Source of the DNA: Candidatus Latescibacterota bacterium
GTDB lineage: Bacteria > Latescibacterota > UBA2968
NCBI GenBank assembly: GCA_038279365.1
Contig: JAYODI010000004.1
Location: 1-64,000, forward strand
DNA: 64,000 bases
Direction: 5' to 3'
Below the pieces are notes generated by a model. It was not told the DNA's origin. It searched no databases and worked only from the letters and a program-made list of their open reading frames with translations. Shown in pieces: positions 38,896-48,237 of this stretch (position 1 is the first letter of the stretch; each line of letters starts with the position of its first letter). Position numbers and translations under genes: made by a program.

Positions 38896-40052
38896 GCCGG
38901 TGCTCCCATCAGTGTTCTGTAAATGTTTTCGGTTTTTTCAACCGTGCTTTCAATTGAAAAAACGGTAATGGCGCGCTGATAGCCTGCTTCACCCATTTTT
39001 GCTCTTTGTGTTGGTGAAGAAATCAGTTGGTTCATGGCTTGGGCCAAGGCATCTGGAGATTGAGCAGGCACCAATAGACCTGTTTTGCCATCTTCAACAA
39101 CTTCCGGAACCCCCCCCACCAAGGTTGCTATTGCGGGTAAGCGTTGTGCCATTGCTTCAATAAGCACCAAGCCCAAGCCTTCGTTGAGTGAGGGCAACAC
39201 AAAAACATCAGATGCGCCTAACAAATTGGGGATGTCACTTCGCCAACCCAAAAAGTGAATGTTTTGTGATAGACCGAGTTTGTGAACATGGTTTTCAAGT
39301 TCTTCACGTAACTCGCCTTCTCCGACAATGAGCAGGTGGGTATTTGAGTGTTCGGCAACCACTTTGGGAAAAGCGTTTATCAGGTCTATTTGGCCTTTTA
39401 CTGGCACCAATCTGCCAACTGTGATGCAAACGATCGAATCAGATGTAAGGTGGAGGCTGTTTCGCACATCTTGTCGCGTTTGGGTCATTTTTGAAAACAT
39501 GGCGATGTTGATGCCGTTATAAATAACGGTATATTGCTTGCGTTGGCCGATTTTGGCGGCGATATACTGGTCAATTTCGCGCGTGGTTAAACAGATGATG
39601 TATTGTGCCAATGGGGCGGTTAAGCGTTCTAAATAGGCATAAATTTTGGTGACAACAGAAGAAAAGTAACCTTCTAAAACGGTGCCGTGTGGCGAATGAA
39701 CAACGGCTGGTATTTTGCAATATCTGGCAGCGATACGGCCTAAAAATCCTGCCTTGGAAGTGTGGGTGTGCACAATGTCATAGTTACCTGCACGTATGAT
39801 TCGAATTAGATGACACAATGCCCGCCAATCACGAATAGGGTGTGGGCTTCGTCTCATGGTGGGGACCAATATAAGTGGCATTCCCGAGTCGATCACTTCT
39901 TGTGTGAGATCCAAGTGGGTGTCATCTGCTTGCCCTGTTGCCAAATCAATTTGAATGTCAGATGACATGTGTCGAATGGTTTCTAAAAGTGCTTGAGGTG
40001 CACCTCCGCGTTCGAGGCGCGTGATGATGTTCAGAACCCGAATTTTAGGCAT
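38892..40052 (-). CDS. Glycosyltransferase family 4
   Basis: HTHTSKAG, VGRL...KG and EGLGLVLIEAMA motifs. Confidence 0.93.
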   Translation of the reverse strand: MPKIRVLNIITRLERGGAPQALLETIRHMSSDIQIDLATGQADDTHLDLTQEVIDSGMPLILVPTMRRSPHPIRDWRALCHLIRIIRAGNYDIVHTHTSKAGFLGRIAARYCKIPAVVHSPHGTVLEGYFSSVVTKIYAYLERLTAPLAQYIICLTTREIDQYIAAKIGQRKQYTVIYNGINIAMFSKMTQTRQDVRNSLHLTSDSIVCITVGRLVPVKGQIDLINAFPKVVAEHSNTHLLIVGEGELREELENHVHKLGLSQNIHFLGWRSDIPNLLGASDVFVLPSLNEGLGLVLIEAMAQRLPAIATLVGGVPEVVEDGKTGLLVPAQSPDALAQAMNQLISSPTQRAKMGEAGYQRAITVFSIESTVEKTENIYRTLMGAPA

Positions 40053-40055
40053 TTT

Positions 40056-41558
40056 TTAAGAGTCTTTGGGTGGCGAAGCAAAAATAGGGTTTGTGAGCAA
40101 GCGCGTTTGGTTTGGTGCGCGCACATCTATGCGATAGTAGTGATGCCGAAGCATGGTGGTATCCAATGTGTCTTGCAAGTCTATGGTAATTTGTCCATCA
40201 CCTTTGAACGTATCAATCAAAATGCCGTTTTTGATCAGGTCTGCGCTGAGGGCGTTTCTTTTTTCATTGCCTTTTAAACTGATTTGGGCCATCAGATGTA
40301 CGGTTTTGGTTTTGAGTGTTTGACCCATGCTTGCTTGTTTGCCGGTTTCATCGGATAGCGTAAATAAGTCTAATGAAAGTTCATCAGCATAAGGACCTGC
40401 TATGGCGTAAATTTGACCGGTTCGCAAAGCTTGTATAAGGGCGGGGCGGGTGTTTTCTTTGACCAGAAAAACGGTTTGGCTCAAACCTGGGTCAAAGCTG
40501 TCGCCTTCTACATCGCCTTCGCCAATGGCCCATATGGGTTGTTTGCGTTGAGCAAAACAATATTCGGTAAGCACCTGATCCCAAATCCCGCCGGGGGGGA
40601 TGATGTATTTCATGCCTTCATAAAAGGCCGCAAAACCTGTGTAATTGCGCAAATGTAACAAGTCTTTGTAAGGGGCTTCTGTTTGAAGGTTTATGGTTAA
40701 TGGGCCCATCGAATGGGTTTGTTTTTGCGATGCTTCTGGATGTGCAAAAAAAACAAGACCGCCTCGACCAATAACATAGTCAATAAAGTCTTGGTAGGGA
40801 CGCTGTCCTTGATCGCCCTGGTAAACATTGTATCGCCCAAATTTGTAGGGGTAGTTGTTGACCAAAAACAAAATGCCCACAACAAAAAAAATCTGGGCAG
40901 ATGCTTTAAATAAACCTGAGCGAAGGCTGTATCGAGACTGGCGATAACATTTAAAGGCCAAAAGCAAAAGTGCCAAAGGCCAAAGACTTAAAAGGGTTTG
41001 TAAATTATACCCCTTATAAAAGCCTTCACTTACGGTGGGCATATTTTCGTAATCTGAGGCTTTTTCAAGCCCAATGGCCAAAAAATGTTTGTGGCCATTG
41101 ACCATGGTTATTTCGCCCCTTAGGAGGTTTTTGCGCCAATAATAAAAAGGGTATACTTCCACACCTGGCACAACCGTCATATCTTCATATTTGCGATTTA
41201 GGTCATTGAGCAAACTCAAATAGTTATATGCACCTGTTGTTGTAACCGAACCCTCTCTGCCAAATTTTGAGGCAGCCATGCTGGCAGACAACCATTCTGT
41301 CAATGCTGGAACGGGAAAGATACCGTAATGGACGCGCGTTGTAATTTGATCTGAAAAAAAGGCGGCGTGCATGCCATTTTCTTTGAGCAGACGCACGAGT
41401 TCTTCAGGGGCCATTTCACCACCACTGATGGTGGAGTCTAAGTGGATCACACCCCGAATTTGCTTGATGGGTTGCGCATTAAGCAGCAGGGGTGAGGTAT
41501 AAATATAAAAGATAAACGCGAAGAACAATCGCAAGATGCGACTGTTAAATGTGACCAT
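40056..41558 (-). CDS. Membrane/exported PHP-like (CehA/McbA-type) metallohydrolase-fold protein
   Basis: GVIHLDS..S.G, PGVE, HFLA.G, FAHP, ALRTG..YA and YYR...TNPIF motifs; internal TM pair; start uncertain. Confidence 0.55.
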   Translation of the reverse strand: MVTFNSRILRLFFAFIFYIYTSPLLLNAQPIKQIRGVIHLDSTISGGEMAPEELVRLLKENGMHAAFFSDQITTRVHYGIFPVPALTEWLSASMAASKFGREGSVTTTGAYNYLSLLNDLNRKYEDMTVVPGVEVYPFYYWRKNLLRGEITMVNGHKHFLAIGLEKASDYENMPTVSEGFYKGYNLQTLLSLWPLALLLLAFKCYRQSRYSLRSGLFKASAQIFFVVGILFLVNNYPYKFGRYNVYQGDQGQRPYQDFIDYVIGRGGLVFFAHPEASQKQTHSMGPLTINLQTEAPYKDLLHLRNYTGFAAFYEGMKYIIPPGGIWDQVLTEYCFAQRKQPIWAIGEGDVEGDSFDPGLSQTVFLVKENTRPALIQALRTGQIYAIAGPYADELSLDLFTLSDETGKQASMGQTLKTKTVHLMAQISLKGNEKRNALSADLIKNGILIDTFKGDGQITIDLQDTLDTTMLRHHYYRIDVRAPNQTRLLTNPIFASPPKDS

Positions 41559-41596
41559 ATTTTGTCCCGATAGAGAAGCTGTTTTGTGTGATGGCA

Positions 41597-42763
41597 CTAA
41601 TAGCGGTAGAGTTCCGTACATCCTTTGGAACACACGGGGAAGTTTTTCCGTTTTTTGATCAATCGTCTATAACTGCGATAAATTTTGTTATTCCAAATGC
41701 TCATAAAATCATCTTTTCGCACATTACCTGGCGAAAAGTTCATGGTGTGGTAAGGGCGTACGGCACCATCGGGCATCACATAAGCGGTCATCCAAAGGCT
41801 CACGCACCTGTTTTTGTAACTGTCCGATTCAAATTCAAACCCCGTGTAATATCGACGAACTTCATCGGGTGTGTAATTGGGATAAACCGAAACATTGACG
41901 CGCGATTTTCTGTTTTCGACCACTTTAAGTGACTGCAACAATATTTCAGGGTCCATTTGAGGCATTTCTTTCCAAACAAACCCGGCCCAATCGGGTGTGA
42001 TTTGATTAAAGTTTTCCTGAAAGATGGCATTGTGTTGATCATACATGTTTTGGTTAATGAACAACAGATGGTGAAAGTTGATGTTGTCTGCGCCAATGTC
42101 TTCTGCAATATCAACCAATTCGTTAAGGTTGCGATAATTGGTTTCATATACTGTGGTATTGATGTTGAGGTGGGGCAATTTTAAACCGCGTTCTTTGCGT
42201 AGTTTGGCCACATCGCGCACCCCTTGGGTGAGTGCCTTAAAGGTGCCTTCTTTGTTGCGTGTGTCATCATGAACGCTTTCGGTGCCATCAAGGGAGAGGA
42301 TGATTTCGTCAATGCCAGAATCAATGATGCGTTCGGCATAAACCGACATGAGCGTGCCATTGGTTACCATGTTACAGCGCATGCCTTTGCTTTTGATGTA
42401 TTTGACGACATTTGTCCAGTCTTTATACATCATGGGTTCACCACCAAAAAGCGTGATGTTGGGTTTGTGTGGTGCAATGTTGTCAATGAGCTTTTTGATT
42501 TCATCAAATGAGAGTTGTTCGCGTAAGGTTTCATTTGAAAATTCTTTAAATGCCCCATTGTCACCCCATTGGCCGCACATATGGCAAGTGAGGTTGCATT
42601 TGAGGGTGAGAAATAAGGATACAGTTTCAGGAGGGGCACTGTAGCCGTTGCTAAATTGATATGTGGCATAAGACCGTAGGCGTTTAAATGCCGTTCGATA
42701 AGCATAGCCCGGTTGGGTGATGGCTTTGCGCACATTTCTAAGGAGATTTTTACGAGCGATCAC
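41597..42763 (-). CDS. Radical SAM protein with a C-terminal SPASM/Twitch-like region
   Basis: CNLTCHMC, GGEP, TNG and SLDG motifs; C-terminal C...W...MPDG...GN...IWN...CSKGC. Confidence 0.9.
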   Translation of the reverse strand: MIARKNLLRNVRKAITQPGYAYRTAFKRLRSYATYQFSNGYSAPPETVSLFLTLKCNLTCHMCGQWGDNGAFKEFSNETLREQLSFDEIKKLIDNIAPHKPNITLFGGEPMMYKDWTNVVKYIKSKGMRCNMVTNGTLMSVYAERIIDSGIDEIILSLDGTESVHDDTRNKEGTFKALTQGVRDVAKLRKERGLKLPHLNINTTVYETNYRNLNELVDIAEDIGADNINFHHLLFINQNMYDQHNAIFQENFNQITPDWAGFVWKEMPQMDPEILLQSLKVVENRKSRVNVSVYPNYTPDEVRRYYTGFEFESDSYKNRCVSLWMTAYVMPDGAVRPYHTMNFSPGNVRKDDFMSIWNNKIYRSYRRLIKKRKNFPVCSKGCTELYRY

Positions 42764-42845
42764 GGTGGTTACCTCTTTATCGTGAGGAGGTCTTGTGTGG
42801 CTGACGGAAGTGATGTATCACGTAGGTGCAAAGTGAATATGATGC

Positions 42846-44036
42846 CTAATACTTATGTTTTTTAAGTGTTTGTGCCATGGCATAAGCCGCGCGTTCCAAA
42901 GCGCGATGGGGGACCAATGGATGAACGGGGAGCAGTAAAATGCGTTTTGCAATGGCGGTGGCCTGAGGAAAAGGATCCTTACCTTGTTTGTCCCAAATAT
43001 CGGGATACAATCTATGAATGGGGTCTGGGTAGAGCAACGTGGCTTCAAGCCCTGTTTGAAGTATGGCCTCATGTACTGTTTGACGGATTTTTTCATCGGG
43101 CAATAAAATGGGAAACTGATTGTATGCTGGGCGACTGTTGGGCAATATGCTTGGTAGTTTGATGCCTTCAATTTCAGAAAGTGCTTTTGTTAAATACGTT
43201 GCATTTTGTGTGCGCTTTTGAGTGAACGCTTCGAGTTTTTGGATAAGGCGAAGCCCCAAACGCGCTTGATAATCGGTATAACCCCATGTGTGAAAGTCGG
43301 TGTGTAAGGATGTGTACTTAAATTTCGACGCCAATGGCAAGAGCAAGCTGTAACCCACTGGATGTACGACCACGGATAGGGCAACTGAAAAGGCGCGAAT
43401 TTTGGCTGCATATTTAAAATTGGGTTGTGGAAATTTGTTTATTTCCGACTCGATATCTTGGACAAGGTCTTCTCGATTGCTCAGTACAGCTCCACCCGTA
43501 AATGTGGATAGGTTTTTGCCTCTGTTAAAACTGTAAACCCCAATATCACTTTGGGTGGCCACTGGCAGGCCGTCAATTTCTGCCCCCATCGCAGAGGCTG
43601 CATCTTCAATGGTAAAGACGTTTTGTCCTGAAAGTTGTCGGTTGAGTTCCAAGATGTCCATTGGCAAGCCGAACATGTGGACGGGCATAACGGCCAATGT
43701 GTTTTGCCCCACATGCAATAATATTTCTTGAGAGCCCGCGTTGAGTGTGTTGGGTGAAATATCGCATAAGATGGGCGTTAAGCCTGCTTTACGAATGGGC
43801 AATATCAACGACGGGGCCGTGTAGGCTGGCAGTACCACTTCGGTTTTGTCTGAATGTTTGCGCAAGGCAAGCAATGTGGCATAAATGGCAGAGGTGCCCG
43901 ACCCAGACAAACCACACCACTTGACATTCAGTTGTTGTTGAATGGCAGTTTGTAAAGTTGCCTTTCCGCCTAAAGGCAAAAATGCCCGCAAGAGCGTAAG
44001 GGGTGAAATTGGTGTGCCGGCCGAAGGTGTTTTCAT
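42846..44036 (-). CDS. DegT/DnrJ-like PLP-dependent aminotransferase
   Basis: SGT.A, LPAYT, VHMFG, IEDAA, SFNRGK and LLLPVHP motifs. Confidence 0.88.
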   Translation of the reverse strand: MKTPSAGTPISPLTLLRAFLPLGGKATLQTAIQQQLNVKWCGLSGSGTSAIYATLLALRKHSDKTEVVLPAYTAPSLILPIRKAGLTPILCDISPNTLNAGSQEILLHVGQNTLAVMPVHMFGLPMDILELNRQLSGQNVFTIEDAASAMGAEIDGLPVATQSDIGVYSFNRGKNLSTFTGGAVLSNREDLVQDIESEINKFPQPNFKYAAKIRAFSVALSVVVHPVGYSLLLPLASKFKYTSLHTDFHTWGYTDYQARLGLRLIQKLEAFTQKRTQNATYLTKALSEIEGIKLPSILPNSRPAYNQFPILLPDEKIRQTVHEAILQTGLEATLLYPDPIHRLYPDIWDKQGKDPFPQATAIAKRILLLPVHPLVPHRALERAAYAMAQTLKKHKY

Positions 44037-44102
44037 GAGATGATCGAGGCCTATAAAAAATAAGGTAAGTAAATAATATAGTTCAATTTTAGGTTCGGTC
44101 AA

Positions 44103-44735
44103 TTATTCGGAGGCTTGTGCTTCTATAAAGTAACCCAATGCCAAGAATGGCAATTGAGGTCCTATGGCTGTTTTTCGTGTGATATGAAATCCTTTTGTTG
44201 CAAATAGACCAGTGAGGTGGCGCAAATGATGACCTCGGGTGGTAAAATTCTCACGGCGATTGTGTCGCCAATAACGATAGCGCAACAGTGGGTTGGCCGC
44301 ATTTCTGATGTCGAGAAAAATACGTCCGCCAGGGCGGCAAATGCGCATCAGTTCGTAAAGCAATTGGGCCGTAATTTCATCGGTTGGGATATTGATTAAC
44401 GTGTTTAAAAAGAATATGTTATCAAAAGATTGGTTCCCAAATGGCATCGTGGTCACGTTGCCCTGCACCAAAGAGACGTTTTCTACCTGATTGTCTGCAA
44501 AGATTTGTTTGGACTCATAGAGCAGTGAAAGGTCTAAGTCGGTGCCGATGAGCTTGCCTGTTGGTTTGGGTAGAGAAGCAAAAAAAAGGCCATTTCCACA
44601 GCCCACATCCAAAGTGAGGCCTTTGGAAGCTGTTTTGAAATATTCCTGAGCCAGATTTCGCACGTTTTGGGTGATGTGGCCAAAAAAAGCACCAGGTCTT
44701 TGGACGGCTGTTGTGTTGAGTTTCTCTGCGGACAT
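44103..44735 (-). CDS. Class I SAM-dependent methyltransferase
   Basis: LDVGCGNG, MPF..QSFD and CRPGG motifs. Confidence 0.88.
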   Translation of the reverse strand: MSAEKLNTTAVQRPGAFFGHITQNVRNLAQEYFKTASKGLTLDVGCGNGLFFASLPKPTGKLIGTDLDLSLLYESKQIFADNQVENVSLVQGNVTTMPFGNQSFDNIFFLNTLINIPTDEITAQLLYELMRICRPGGRIFLDIRNAANPLLRYRYWRHNRRENFTTRGHHLRHLTGLFATKGFHITRKTAIGPQLPFLALGYFIEAQASE

Positions 44736-44764
44736 GCGTCCGTTCCTTTCTTGTCATTTTTAGC

Positions 44765-45904
44765 TTATAAAATTTCTTCTACGAGTTTGGTTAAGATGCG
44801 CCAGTCGAGTTCATTTTGAATGCGTTTTCGCGCTTGTTGTCCCATTTGTTTGGCAAGTTGTGGATCGTTTAAAAATTGTAAAATGGCCTGCGCGATTTCT
44901 TGATCGGAGGTGGGATCAACCAATATACCTGTTTGGCCCTCCAATACGGCTTCAACAGCCCCACCTGACCGACCCGCTATCACAGGTTTTTCACAGGATC
45001 CGGCTTCAATAAAGGTGATGCCAAAGCCTTCAATATCACCGGCCAAGGCCGTGCCTTCGGTGACTCTGTTGGGCATGACAAAGACATCACACAGGTTATA
45101 AAGCGTGGGCAAGTCTGCATCGGGCACAAAGCCCAAAAAATGAACCCGATCTTCCAGATTGAGATCTGCAGTAAGTTGTCGCAACCGATTTTCTTCTCTG
45201 CCAGTACCGCCAATAAGATAAACCACATCTTTGGGCAAATTGGGCATGGCTTGTAAAACTTTGTCATGCCCTTTTCTTTGGTCTAAACGCGCCACGGTGA
45301 GCAAGATGCGTTTGTCGTGAATGTTGAGGCGATCTATCCACGTTTGGTCTTTGGGGGTGGGCGCAAAGCGGTCTGGGTCTACACCCGGATAGATGCGGCG
45401 AATTTTTTCTTTGGGAACATCAAATGCGATGAATTCTTCTGATGTCATATTGCTGTTGGTGACAATCCATTCACTTTCATCCAATATGGCGCGCATCAAG
45501 GTAGCTGATTTGCCCCCTTGAGCAAGGCGTGCGGTTTCTGAGCCATACACCCACGTGACGTAGGGGATACCAAAAAGTTTTTTACAGAGCAAACCCGCAA
45601 TGCCCGATGAGAAGACTTGACCACAATGAATTCTGCGAGGGCGGTTCTTAAGGCAGTGTAAAAGGGTCCATTGAAGTGTGCGTGCTGTTTTAAACAGTTT
45701 GGCAGTGCCACTTTCTCCAATGGGCAATTGAATGCGCGTTATAGGCATTGGGCAAGTGGCATCAATTTGTTGTGTATTGGGCATAACCGGGGCCACGACA
45801 CGGGTTTGATTGGGCGGCAAACGACACCAGATTTCATAAAAGACGGTGGCGATCCCACTGGTAACGGGTGGGAAGTCGTTGGCAATGAGTAAGGAATGTG
45901 ACAT
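44765..45904 (-). CDS. Glycosyltransferase family 4 (PimB-like)
   Basis: NDFPP..SGI, VARL..RKG, EGFGITFIEA and GRSGG motifs. Confidence 0.93.
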   Translation of the reverse strand: MSHSLLIANDFPPVTSGIATVFYEIWCRLPPNQTRVVAPVMPNTQQIDATCPMPITRIQLPIGESGTAKLFKTARTLQWTLLHCLKNRPRRIHCGQVFSSGIAGLLCKKLFGIPYVTWVYGSETARLAQGGKSATLMRAILDESEWIVTNSNMTSEEFIAFDVPKEKIRRIYPGVDPDRFAPTPKDQTWIDRLNIHDKRILLTVARLDQRKGHDKVLQAMPNLPKDVVYLIGGTGREENRLRQLTADLNLEDRVHFLGFVPDADLPTLYNLCDVFVMPNRVTEGTALAGDIEGFGITFIEAGSCEKPVIAGRSGGAVEAVLEGQTGILVDPTSDQEIAQAILQFLNDPQLAKQMGQQARKRIQNELDWRILTKLVEEIL

Positions 45905-45952
45905 AAACAAATCTCGTTTTTGAAAAGTGGGGTGTGGCAACTTTGTAAAACC

Positions 45953-47113
45953 TTATGCGCCCCCTGTTAGGCCAGCCGTTTCTTCGAGTGCATGTAGAAT
46001 TTTGCTCGCGACTTTTTCCTGGGAAAAATGTGTCACATGTTTTAAGCCATTTTGAATTTTTATGTGCCGCAAATGATCATCGTGCAAGAGTTGGTCTATT
46101 GCTAATGCGATATCCTGTGTGTTGTGCGGGTCTACCAATATGCCAGCATTGCCAATCACTTCGGGCAAAGAGGTGGCGTTGGATGAGATAACAGGCGTAC
46201 CACAAGCCATCGCTTCAAGAGGCGGAATGCCAAACCCTTCGTAGAAGGATGAGATCACAAAGAGTTTGGCACCGGCGTAGATGGCAGGTAAGTCGTCATC
46301 ATCGATCATGCCTGGAAAGATGACCTGATCGGATAAGCCCAATTGTGCCACGCGTTGTTGCAGGGGTAAGGTGAACGCGTTGTGTTTACCACCTATAACG
46401 AGGTGGGTGGTTTGTTGAACCTGTGTTGAAAGTTGTGCATAGGCTTCAATTAAACCACTTGGGTTTTTATGGGGTTTAAAATTGTTGAGGTTAAAAATGT
46501 ATGGTGCAGTGAGGCCATATTTTTTTTTGACTTGATTGATGTTTGTTGTTGCAATGTTGGGGTTAAAACGATCTGAAACCGCATTGTGAGTGATGGTTAT
46601 TCGGCTGGCATCCAATCCATAATATTTGGCAATGTCTTGGCGACTGTGCGCCGATACAGTTAACACCTGTGCGGCGTGTCGGGCCATGTAGCCACGTTGG
46701 AGGCGGTAAAGCGTGTTATAAAGATATCGCTTTAAGCCTGTAAGATCTGATACATATTGATAGAGAAGGTCATGGATGGTCATGACAACGGGACACGGTG
46801 CGTTTATGGGTATTTTGTCATAGGGTGTAAAAAACAGATCGACCCGATCTTGGCGCAGGGTTTTGACAATGGCGACGTGATCCCACCATAAGGTGTTTTT
46901 TTCTTGAATAATTTTGAAGGTGTAATTGTCATTTGGATTGGGAAAGTTTGTGTGTTGATTGCCATATAAAATAAAGTGGTGTTGAGAGGCTCTGGTTATT
47001 TGCGCAGAGAGAAAGTTTTCTATATATCGACCAAAGCCCGTAAATGTATGGGGCAATAATTCACGGCAATCAACCCCAATTTTAAGTGTTTTATGTGTCA
47101 AGTAATTGGTCAT
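45953..47113 (-). CDS. Glycosyltransferase family 4 (mannosyltransferase-like)
   Basis: TIHDL, TVS..S, PHKN and YEGFGIPPLEAMACG motifs. Confidence 0.93.
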   Translation of the reverse strand: MTNYLTHKTLKIGVDCRELLPHTFTGFGRYIENFLSAQITRASQHHFILYGNQHTNFPNPNDNYTFKIIQEKNTLWWDHVAIVKTLRQDRVDLFFTPYDKIPINAPCPVVMTIHDLLYQYVSDLTGLKRYLYNTLYRLQRGYMARHAAQVLTVSAHSRQDIAKYYGLDASRITITHNAVSDRFNPNIATTNINQVKKKYGLTAPYIFNLNNFKPHKNPSGLIEAYAQLSTQVQQTTHLVIGGKHNAFTLPLQQRVAQLGLSDQVIFPGMIDDDDLPAIYAGAKLFVISSFYEGFGIPPLEAMACGTPVISSNATSLPEVIGNAGILVDPHNTQDIALAIDQLLHDDHLRHIKIQNGLKHVTHFSQEKVASKILHALEETAGLTGGA

Positions 47114-48212
47114 AAAGCGACTGTATGTTTAGAAGATGGCGATCAACGGAAAAGTGTTCGATAAAGCGTGTGTAGCCCGTTTGTGAAAGTTTTTGACAGA
47201 GAGATTTGTTTTCAAGCAAGCCGATAATGTGGCTTGCCAATTCGTTGTGGTCTGACTCGGCAAAGAGCAAGCCACTTTTTTTATGTTCTATAATTTCGGA
47301 AAGGCCCCCAACCCTTGATGCAACAACTGGGGTTTGCATGGCCAAACCTTCTGCGGCCACACGCCCAAACCCCTCCGTTTTGATGCCATTTGGGGTTTGT
47401 AAAATGCGTGATGGCACAACAAGGGTGGTGAATTGTTTTATGAGGCTTAGGGCATCTGAGCGATAGCCCAAAAAATGAAAGTTGTGAGTTAGCCCAAAGG
47501 TGACGACTTGTTCTTTTAGGTGTTGGTGATAAGCTTGTTCTTCGGAATTTGGGCCAGGGGTTCCAGCGATGACAAAATGGGTGTCGGGCTGCTTTTGTAT
47601 TACTTGTGCAGCCGCTTTTATAAATATTTCCATTCCTTTCCACGGGTCAATGCGTCCCACCACACCAATGATTTTTGTTTCTGATGTGAGGTTTAATTCT
47701 TCTCGCAAATTGCTGGTGGTAATGGTTTGTATATCTACTGCGTTGTAGATGGTTTCAAATGCATTGGGGGGTGTGTTTTCGGCCTGGCAAAAATGATCGC
47801 GAACGGCATTGGAGACCGATATGGTTTTGTGTGCAATTTTGACAAATGCTCTGTCTACCCATGTTGTCGGAAAAATAACGCGTAAATGCCCAACAAGCTT
47901 ACGGCCAGCTAAGCGTGTTGCTATACCGGCTCGAATGTCGAGGGTGTTGACATGAACCAAATCGGCTTTTTCGGCTTTGATGAGATGAGAAAGCTTAAAT
48001 ACAAAGCGCAGCTGAGACAAAACATTGCTATAGGTGAGTACATAAACTGGGCAATCTAATTCCTTGGCACGTTCTACAAATCGCCCATTGTCATAGGCAC
48101 AGATAATGGGTGTAAAACGTGAGCGGTCGAGATTTTTTATGAGGGTTAACAAACTGACCTCGCCGCCGCCCAAGTCGGTTCCTGGGCTGATGTAGAAAAT
48201 GCGTTTGGGCAT
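47091..48212 (-). CDS. Glycosyltransferase family 4
   Basis: GGGE, VGRI..WKG and EGFGRV..E motifs. Confidence 0.92.
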   Translation of the reverse strand: MPKRIFYISPGTDLGGGEVSLLTLIKNLDRSRFTPIICAYDNGRFVERAKELDCPVYVLTYSNVLSQLRFVFKLSHLIKAEKADLVHVNTLDIRAGIATRLAGRKLVGHLRVIFPTTWVDRAFVKIAHKTISVSNAVRDHFCQAENTPPNAFETIYNAVDIQTITTSNLREELNLTSETKIIGVVGRIDPWKGMEIFIKAAAQVIQKQPDTHFVIAGTPGPNSEEQAYHQHLKEQVVTFGLTHNFHFLGYRSDALSLIKQFTTLVVPSRILQTPNGIKTEGFGRVAAEGLAMQTPVVASRVGGLSEIIEHKKSGLLFAESDHNELASHIIGLLENKSLCQKLSQTGYTRFIEHFSVDRHLLNIQSLYDQLLDT

Positions 48213-48237
48213 AGGTTATCAGGCGGTTAGAGAATGG

